Positions 56,799 to 64,000 of a stretch of DNA of 64,000 nucleotides are shown in pieces (position 1 is the first letter of the stretch; every line of letters starts with the position of its first letter). The stretch comes from Brachybacterium sp. Its GTDB lineage: Bacteria; Actinomycetota; Actinomycetes; Actinomycetales; Dermabacteraceae. A program made the translations under genes and the position numbers. The notes under the pieces are model-generated. The model was not told the origin of the DNA, searched no databases, and saw only the letters and a list, made by a program, of their open reading frames with translations. The DNA lies in contig DATGUQ010000075.1 in assembly GCA_035301145.1 (NCBI GenBank), forward strand, positions 686-64,685, written 5' to 3'.

Positions 56799-57725
56799 TT
56801 GGCTGACGACAAGGCGCAGGTACCCCTCGCTCCGCGCCTCACCTCCGCGGAGTCCGAGCAGCTCGCAGCGCGCTCCGGACTGGTCGAGATGGGGGTCCGG
56901 CCCCCGTTGGGCCGCTACGCGGCGCAGGTGTGGCAGCGGCGCTCCTTCATCTGGAACCTCTCCGCCTCCCGCGCCTATTCGCGCAACCAGGGCTCGTACC
57001 TGGGCCAGGCCTGGGCGGTGCTGCGACCGATCCTCGATGCCGGCGTGTACGTGATCATCTTCGGCTTCCTCTTCCACTCCAGCGCGCCCGGCATCGACAA
57101 CCGTGCGGCGTTCATCGTCATCGGGACGTTCACGTACTCGCTGTTCCAGACCTCGGTCATGTCGGGGCTGAACTCGATACCGGCCAATCTGCAGCTGATC
57201 CGGTCCCACAAGTTCCCGCGCGCGGTCGTGCCGCTGTCGACGGTGATGACCGAGACGGTCATGTTCGCCCCGATCCTGGTGGCGATGATGGTGGTGACGA
57301 TGGTGACGGGGCTGCTGCCGGGCATGGGTGCCGTGGTGCCCACCTGGTCGTGGCTGCTGCTCCCGTTCGCGGCGGTGCTCCTGACCGTCTTCTCCTCCGG
57401 GCTCGCGCTGTTCTTCGCACGCGTCGGGGCCCGTGCGCCGGACATCGCCAACGCGATGCCGTTCATCCTGACGCTGGGCCGCTACGCCTCCGGGGCGATG
57501 TTCCTGATCACGGCGATGGTCCCGGACGGCCTGTGGTTCAAGCCGATCCTGATCCACCAGCCGGTCGCGATCTACCTCGAACTGTTCCGCGCCGTGTTCG
57601 GCAACGAGGAGCTGATCCCGATGACCCCGCTGCTCTGGCTCGAGGCCATCGGCTGGGCGGTGGTCGTCTTCGCCATCGGATTCCTGTACTTCTGGCGCGC
57701 AGAGGAGACCTACGGACGTGACTGA
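56799..57725 (+). CDS. Glycopolymer ABC exporter permease (TagG/Wzm-like)
   Basis: RPPLGRY, LGQAWAVLRPIL, FPRAVVP, FWRAEETYGRD; TTG start with GAGGAG RBS. Confidence 0.9.
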   Translation: MADDKAQVPLAPRLTSAESEQLAARSGLVEMGVRPPLGRYAAQVWQRRSFIWNLSASRAYSRNQGSYLGQAWAVLRPILDAGVYVIIFGFLFHSSAPGIDNRAAFIVIGTFTYSLFQTSVMSGLNSIPANLQLIRSHKFPRAVVPLSTVMTETVMFAPILVAMMVVTMVTGLLPGMGAVVPTWSWLLLPFAAVLLTVFSSGLALFFARVGARAPDIANAMPFILTLGRYASGAMFLITAMVPDGLWFKPILIHQPVAIYLELFRAVFGNEELIPMTPLLWLEAIGWAVVVFAIGFLYFWRAEETYGRD

Positions 57726-58578
57726 GGACATCGACTACGAGATCGACCCGGAGGACCTCCCGGAGCGCGTGGAGCGTAAGCCGCTCGGCCCTCCGTCCGT
57801 GGTGGTCGACGACCTCCACATCACCTACCGCGTCTTCGGCGCCCGCCGAGGCGGCACCACCCGCGAGCGCACCTCCCTGTGGGACAGGGCCATCAGCCTG
57901 GGCCGCCCCGACACCGGACCGATCACCGAGGTCCCCGCGGTCCGCGGCGTCTCGTTCGTCGCGCATCACGGCGAGTCGATAGGCATCCTCGGCACCAACG
58001 GGTCCGGGAAGTCGACCCTGCTGCGCGCCGTGGCGGGTCTGCTCCCGCCCACCTCGGGCCGGGTGTTCACCTCCGCGGAGCCCGAGCTGCTCGGCGTGAA
58101 CGCCGCGCTGCTGCCGCGGCTGACCGGCGAGCGGAACATCATGATCGGCGGTCTGGCCCTGGGCATGAACGCCAAGGAGGTGCGCCGGAACACGCCGGGT
58201 GTGTCGGAGTTCGCCGAGCTCGGCGACTTCCTCTACCTGCCGATGAGCTCCTACTCCTCGGGCATGGCCTCCCGGCTGCGGTTCGCGATCTCGACGATCC
58301 GCACCCCCGAGATCCTGATGATCGACGAGGCCCTGGCCACGGGCGACGCCTCGTTCCGGAAGAAGAGCACGGCCCGGATCGAGGAGATCCGCGCGCAGGC
58401 CGGCACGGTGTTCTTCGTCTCGCACTCGCTGGCCTCGGTGCGGGCGATGTGCACGCGGGCGCTGTGGATCGACAAGGGCGTGCTGATCGCCGACGGCGAC
58501 GTCGACGAGGTCGCCGACGCCTACCACGACTTCGTCGAGGGCCGCACCGACGCCTCCTCCGGCGCCGAGCTGACGTAG
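57718..58578 (+). CDS. Glycopolymer ABC exporter ATP-binding protein (TagH/Wzt-like)
   Basis: GTNGSGKST, YSSGMASRLRF, IDEALATGD, VSH. Confidence 0.92.
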   Translation: MTEDIDYEIDPEDLPERVERKPLGPPSVVVDDLHITYRVFGARRGGTTRERTSLWDRAISLGRPDTGPITEVPAVRGVSFVAHHGESIGILGTNGSGKSTLLRAVAGLLPPTSGRVFTSAEPELLGVNAALLPRLTGERNIMIGGLALGMNAKEVRRNTPGVSEFAELGDFLYLPMSSYSSGMASRLRFAISTIRTPEILMIDEALATGDASFRKKSTARIEEIRAQAGTVFFVSHSLASVRAMCTRALWIDKGVLIADGDVDEVADAYHDFVEGRTDASSGAELT

Positions 58579-58638
58579 GAGGGGACCGGCCGCAGGCGCG
58601 CCCCGTCCCGTCACGCCAGGAGCGACGCCCCGCGTCGC

Positions 58639-59193
58639 TCAGCGCTGGCTGCGCAGCCGCTCCCCCTTGGCCAGCGCGATCTCGCGCAGCTCCGCCTGGA
58701 AGGCGACCATCCGCTCGCGCAGGCGTTCGGCCTCGGCGTCCCCGCCGGCGGCGAGGATCCGTGCGGCGAGCAGCCCGGCGTTGCGGGCGCCGCCGATGGA
58801 GACGGTCGCGACCGGCACCCCGGCCGGCATCTGCACGATCGAGAGCAGCGAGTCCATGCCGTCGAGGTGCTTCAGCGGCACCGGCACCCCGATCACGGGG
58901 AGCGGGGTGAGGGAGGCGAGCATCCCAGGCAGGTGGGCGGCACCGCCGGCTCCGGCGATCACCACGCGCAGCCCGCGCTCCGCGGCGCCCCGGCCCCAGG
59001 CGACCATGTCCTCCGGCATGCGGTGGGCGGAGACCACCTCGACGGAGCACTCGATCCCGAACTCGGCGAGCGCCAGCTCGGCGGCCTCCATCACGGGGTA
59101 GTCGGAGTCCGACCCCATCACGATGCCCACCAGCGGACGGGCGGTCTCGGGGGCAGGGCTCTGGGCGGCGGGCTGCGGGGTCGTCGGGGTCAT
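58639..59193 (-). CDS. purE: N5-carboxyaminoimidazole ribonucleotide mutase
   Basis: [47 protein letters not shown]. Confidence 0.97.
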   Translation of the reverse strand: MTPTTPQPAAQSPAPETARPLVGIVMGSDSDYPVMEAAELALAEFGIECSVEVVSAHRMPEDMVAWGRGAAERGLRVVIAGAGGAAHLPGMLASLTPLPVIGVPVPLKHLDGMDSLLSIVQMPAGVPVATVSIGGARNAGLLAARILAAGGDAEAERLRERMVAFQAELREIALAKGERLRSQR

Positions 59194-60422
59194 CGGGTCG
59201 CTCCGGTGTCGGTGGGGCCGACGGGCGTCTCCGGCCCGTCGATGATCAGGCGCTCGGCGCGGTGCGCGCGGGCGAGCAGGTCCTCGGCGTCGTCGCCCAC
59301 CAGGGTGACGTGGCCGATCTTCCGGCCGGGGCGCACGGCCTTGCCGTAGAGGTGGATCCTCAGCTCGGGATCGGCGGCGAGCGCGGCGTGGGCCCCGGGG
59401 GCGAGGTCGTCGGCGGCGCCGCCGAGGAGGTTCACCATCACCGCGGCCCGACCCCGGGGCGCCGTGGCGCCCAGCGGGAGGTCGGCGACGGCCCGCAGGT
59501 GCTGCTCGAACTGTCCCGTCACCGCACCGTCCATGGACCAGTGCCCGGTGTTGTGGGGGCGCATGGCGAGCTCGTTGACCAGCACCTCGCCGCCGGCCGT
59601 CTCGAACAGCTCCACGGCGAGCATCCCGGTGACGCCGAGATCCTCCGCGATCGCGAGGGCGAGGGCCTGGATCCGGCGCTGGGCCGCCTCGTCGAGGCCG
59701 GGCGCGGGAGCGACCACCTCGTAGCAGACCCCGTCCTTCTGCACGGACTGCACCACCGGGTAGGCGACGGCCTCTCCGCCGGGCCTGCGGGCGACCTGGG
59801 CGGAGAGCTCGCGCGTGAAGGGCACCAGCTCCTCGGCGAGCAGCTCGCCGTGCGCGGCGAGCCAGTCGTCCGCCTGGTCGGGACCGTCCACGATCCGCAC
59901 GCCGTGGGCGTCGTAGCCGCCGCGCGGGGTCTTGACCACGATCCGGCCGTCGGTCTCGGCGAGCGCCGCGGAGAGGTCGTCGGCGGTGCGGATCCGCCAC
60001 CAGCGCGGGCAGGGGTGGCCGAGGGCGGTCAGGCGCTCGCGCATGACCAGCTTGTCCTGGGCGTGCACGAGCGCGGAGGGCCCGGGCCGCACCGCGGCGA
60101 CACCCTCCTGCTCGAGCCGTTCGAGGAGCGCGGTGGGCACGTGCTCGTGGTCGAAGGTGAGCACCTCGACGTCCGCGGCGAGCTCCCGCACGGACCGCTC
60201 GTCGTCGTGGCGGCCCAGCTGCACCCGTGCGGCGACGGCGGCCGCGCTCTCGGCCGGGTCGGTGGCCAGGACGGGAGTGGTCAGGCCCAGTTCGATGGCG
60301 GGGCCGAGCATCATGCGGGCCAGCTGCCCGGCTCCGATGATGCCGACGGTGCGGGCGCTGCGGGCGCCGGCATCGGCGTCGGGGACGGAGGGCTGCTCGG
60401 GGCGGGGCGGTGTCTCAGGCAC
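59190..60422 (-). CDS. purK: N5-carboxyaminoimidazole ribonucleotide synthase
   Basis: [46 protein letters not shown]. Confidence 0.96.
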   Translation of the reverse strand: MPETPPRPEQPSVPDADAGARSARTVGIIGAGQLARMMLGPAIELGLTTPVLATDPAESAAAVAARVQLGRHDDERSVRELAADVEVLTFDHEHVPTALLERLEQEGVAAVRPGPSALVHAQDKLVMRERLTALGHPCPRWWRIRTADDLSAALAETDGRIVVKTPRGGYDAHGVRIVDGPDQADDWLAAHGELLAEELVPFTRELSAQVARRPGGEAVAYPVVQSVQKDGVCYEVVAPAPGLDEAAQRRIQALALAIAEDLGVTGMLAVELFETAGGEVLVNELAMRPHNTGHWSMDGAVTGQFEQHLRAVADLPLGATAPRGRAAVMVNLLGGAADDLAPGAHAALAADPELRIHLYGKAVRPGRKIGHVTLVGDDAEDLLARAHRAERLIIDGPETPVGPTDTGATR

Positions 60423-60440
60423 GGCGGCCAGTGTACGAGG

Positions 60441-61904
60441 TCAGCCGCGCGAGCGCGGGCGGCGCCGCACCACGGACCCCTGCGGCAGGGTGTCGAGGTC
60501 GTCGCCCCCGGAGCGGGCCCCGGCGATGCCGCTGGGGGACATGTCGGCCCGGCCGGTGCGATGCCCTCTGCCGCCGCGACCGCCGCGGCCCTCGCGGCCT
60601 GTCCGGTGCGGGCGCCCGGACCGGAGGTCCTCGTGCTCGTCGTCGCCGTCCTCCTCGCCGGGTGCGGAGATCAGGAACACGCCGAAGGTCGCGGGCTGCT
60701 CGGTGAGCAGCTCGAGCCGGCCGCCGTCGTCCTCGACCAGGGTCCGCGCGAGCGCCAGGCCGACTCCGGTGCCGCTCGAGCTGCGGCCGGAGACGGAGCG
60801 CTCGAAGATCTGGGCCCCGAGCTCCGGGTCGATCCCGCCGCCCTCGTCGGCGACCTCGACGACGGTCGAGTGGTCGTTGCGGCGCACCTTGACCGTGGTG
60901 CGGCCGTCGCCGTGGGTGAGGGCGTTCTCGACGAGTGTCGCGATGACCTGGGTGAGCGGTCCCGTGGATCCCCAGACGGCGGCGGAGCGCGGCACCTGCA
61001 CGCGCAGCTCCCGGCCGGCCCGGCGGTAGGCCGGGGACCACTCCTCGCTCTGCTGCGTCAGCACGCTGCGCAGCTCCACGACGCCGGGGGTGCGCCGGTG
61101 GGAGGAGCGCGGGGCGTTGATGAGGTCGTGGACCACCTCGGTGAGGCGATCGATCTGCTCGAGGGAGATGCGGGCCTCCTCGCGCACCCACTCCTCGGAG
61201 CTGACGGCGAGGATCTCGTCCAGGCGCATCGAGAGGGCGGTCAGCGGGGTGCGCAGCTGGTGGGAGGCGTCCGAGGCGAGGCGGCTCTCCGCCTCGAGCC
61301 GTTCGTTGAGCATCGCACCGGAGCGGGCCAGCTCCTCGGCCACGTCGTCGATCTCGGAGATGCCCGAGGGGTGCCAGGGCCCGCGCGAGCGCCCCGACCC
61401 CATCTCCTCGGCGCGCCTGCTGAGCCGGGCCAGCGGCATCGAGATGCGCTGTGCCTGCCACAGCGCCACGGACACGCCGATCGACAGCGCCGCCAACCCG
61501 GCGACGATGATCAGCACCCATGCGCTCGCGGTGTGGGCGCGCACGTCGGACTCGGGGATGTACACCGAGACGGACTGTCCGAAGGCACCGTTGGTGTTCT
61601 TCTGCACCGGTTCCTCGCCCGGTGGGTCGCCCGCGGAGTAGGTGACACCGTCGTACGTGACCGAGATGGCGATGTTCAGGTCCGACTGCTCGTCGACCCG
61701 GCGCTGCAGGAGCGCCTCGTCGATCTCCCCGCCCTCCTGGAGCCTGGTCTCGGTGTCGACGCGGACCCGGTCCAGGATCATGTTCGCCTGGTTGGAGAGG
61801 GTCTGCCGCTGGAGCTGGAGCCAGGAGTAGCCCAGCGGGATGCCGAGCATGAGCACGGCCAGCAGCACGGTGATGATGGTGGCCTGCAGCACGCGCTGCC
61901 GCAC
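60441..61904 (-). CDS. Two-component sensor histidine kinase (DraK-like by motif and position next to purK)
   Basis: Two TMs, HAMP, ASDASHQLRTPLTALSMRL, LVENALTHG, DEGGG, GTGVGLALAR. Confidence 0.9.
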   Translation of the reverse strand: MRQRVLQATIITVLLAVLMLGIPLGYSWLQLQRQTLSNQANMILDRVRVDTETRLQEGGEIDEALLQRRVDEQSDLNIAISVTYDGVTYSAGDPPGEEPVQKNTNGAFGQSVSVYIPESDVRAHTASAWVLIIVAGLAALSIGVSVALWQAQRISMPLARLSRRAEEMGSGRSRGPWHPSGISEIDDVAEELARSGAMLNERLEAESRLASDASHQLRTPLTALSMRLDEILAVSSEEWVREEARISLEQIDRLTEVVHDLINAPRSSHRRTPGVVELRSVLTQQSEEWSPAYRRAGRELRVQVPRSAAVWGSTGPLTQVIATLVENALTHGDGRTTVKVRRNDHSTVVEVADEGGGIDPELGAQIFERSVSGRSSSGTGVGLALARTLVEDDGGRLELLTEQPATFGVFLISAPGEEDGDDEHEDLRSGRPHRTGREGRGGRGGRGHRTGRADMSPSGIAGARSGGDDLDTLPQGSVVRRRPRSRG

Positions 61905-61907
61905 CGG

Positions 61908-62603
<696 letters not shown>

Positions 62604-62721
62604 GAGATCCATCCTAAGACGATGCCGGCAGGGTCTGCCCGGGACTGGGATCCGACGGGCCGTGCCCCATCATCACAGGTGCGGCGCCCCCGGCGGCATC
62701 CCCGGAGCCCCCGGGACGCGT

Positions 62722-63924
62722 TCACAGGCCCAGATCCAGGGGCACGGAGCGGTCCCTCCGCATCTCTCGGACACGGATCTCGCCGATCCCGTGGAGCTCG
62801 ACCTCCTCCCCCTCGGTGAACGAGAAACCGCCGGGGAGGGCCTGCTCGACGGCGTCACACGTCTCGGCATCGACCAGCACCGTGCCGGGACGTGCGACGG
62901 ACTCCATCCGCGCCGCGAGGTTCACGATCGGTCCGAACACGTCCCCGTACCGGGAGAACATCGACCCCCAGGCCAGGCCCACCCTGATGGGCGGGAGCTC
63001 CGGGGACTCGGTGATCGCCTCGGCGAGGCTGACCGCGATCTGGGCGCCGTCCTCCGGCGTGTCGGCCAGGAACATGATCTCGTCGCCGACGGTCTTGACC
63101 ACGCGACCGCCGCCGACGGAGATGACGTCGCGGCTGAGCTGCTCGAAACGGCCCACCATGTCGGCGAGCTCGGTGCCGGGCAGATCCTGTGCGAGCCGGG
63201 TGAACTGCACCAGGTCGGCGAAGCCGATGGCGCGCTGCAGCGGGAACAGCTCGTCCGTGTCGCGATGCAGCACCTCGCTGCCGGCACGAGCCGCATAGGC
63301 CGAGAGCTGACGGCGGAAGGTGAACATCACCTGCGACTCGAAGGTCTCCAGCAGCTCCGGGATCGAGTCCAGCATCTGCTGGCGCGCCTGGGCGTCGTCG
63401 AGCCCGTCGGCGTACTTCGCCTCGTCCACCAGGGCCTCGGTGATCCACATGGCCAGCCGCCCCATGTGGAAGCCCATGCCGCGGGAGATGCTGGCGAAGG
63501 CGCGCTCGCTGATCACGCCGTCCTCGACGATCGCGGCCAGGTCGCCGATGGCGTGGGCGTCCTCGTCGGTGAACACCACGGTGTCCTCGTCCACCGGGGT
63601 GAAGCCGAGCGAGCGCCAGTAGACGGAGGTGAGCCGCTCGGGGATGTCCTGCTCCTGGGCCAGGTCCCGTCGGGAGTACCTGCGCGGGCCCTGCAGGAGG
63701 ATCTTCTCGAGCGCACCGACGCTGCGGCGCACGGCCGCGAAGCGCCGGTTGAGGTCGAGGATCTCCTGGTCTCCGAGGGAGCCCGCCTCCTCGCCGTCCT
63801 GGGAGAGGTCGGGCAGCTCCGCCGTCTCCACCGGGACGGCCTCCTGCGGCTCCGACGGCTCCTGCCGCGGGGCGGCCCCCGCAGGCCCCGCGGTGCTCTC
63901 CAGGTCTTCCATGCCTCCGGTCAC
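62722..63924 (-). CDS. Class III adenylate cyclase with N-terminal regulatory domain
   Basis: GFADLVQFT, VKTVGDEIMF, GDVFGPIVNLAARM with adenine-specifying K and D; N-terminal WRSLGF...FTDED. Confidence 0.9.
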   Translation of the reverse strand: MTGGMEDLESTAGPAGAAPRQEPSEPQEAVPVETAELPDLSQDGEEAGSLGDQEILDLNRRFAAVRRSVGALEKILLQGPRRYSRRDLAQEQDIPERLTSVYWRSLGFTPVDEDTVVFTDEDAHAIGDLAAIVEDGVISERAFASISRGMGFHMGRLAMWITEALVDEAKYADGLDDAQARQQMLDSIPELLETFESQVMFTFRRQLSAYAARAGSEVLHRDTDELFPLQRAIGFADLVQFTRLAQDLPGTELADMVGRFEQLSRDVISVGGGRVVKTVGDEIMFLADTPEDGAQIAVSLAEAITESPELPPIRVGLAWGSMFSRYGDVFGPIVNLAARMESVARPGTVLVDAETCDAVEQALPGGFSFTEGEEVELHGIGEIRVREMRRDRSVPLDLGL

Positions 63925-64000
63925 GTGCCGTGCTCCTCCTGCTCGATGCCCGTCGCATCGCCTGTCGTCGGCCGGGCGGGTCCGCTCGGTCGCAGATGTC
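63921..64000 (-). CDS. 3' end of an upstream gene, probably biotin-protein ligase BirA (partial)
   Basis: Minus frame ...HLRPSGPARPTTGDATGIEQEEHGT*; HLR resembles the BirA C-terminal GDVxHLR; stop overlaps the cyclase start (GTGA). Confidence 0.45.
   Translation of the reverse strand, partial: HLRPSGPARPTTGDATGIEQEEHGT

Overview
Very GC-rich actinobacterial chromosome segment. Gene content and order suggest Micrococcales, possibly Brachybacterium-like (inference). About 55 CDSs; I saw no rRNA, tRNA, CRISPR array or mobile element. Left half (1-34 kb): PdtaS-type kinase (partial); an uncharacterised cluster of CpaE/MinD-like ATPase, SAF protein, Xis/BldC-like HTH, tandem Sm-like protein, LysM protein and Rv3235-like protein; secA-hpf-comF-lpqB-mtrB-mtrA; a seven-gene MoxR/DUF58/DUF4350/DUF4129/SpoIIM/RDD membrane module; a phosphomannomutase fused to a Trm112-like zinc ribbon; the whiB2 locus; and cofE without adjacent cofD. 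Right half (34-58.6 kb): a cell-surface glycan region with a galactofuran module (glf, glfT2, glfT1-like, wzm/wzt, LCP), a PpgS/DUF2304/DUF6541-type decoration trio, and a complete CMP-pseudaminic acid pathway (pseB, pseC, pseF, pseG-pseH fusion, pseI). The Pse genes sit beside two candidate nonulosonate transferases and a second ABC exporter. The window ends with purE-purK, a two-component system, a class III adenylate cyclase and a probable birA 3' end. Best leads: the candidate Pse-glycopolymer transferases, the tandem Sm/Hfq-like protein, and a 24-bp motif shared between the comF and LysM promoters. Family and domain names come from motif recognition, not database searches.
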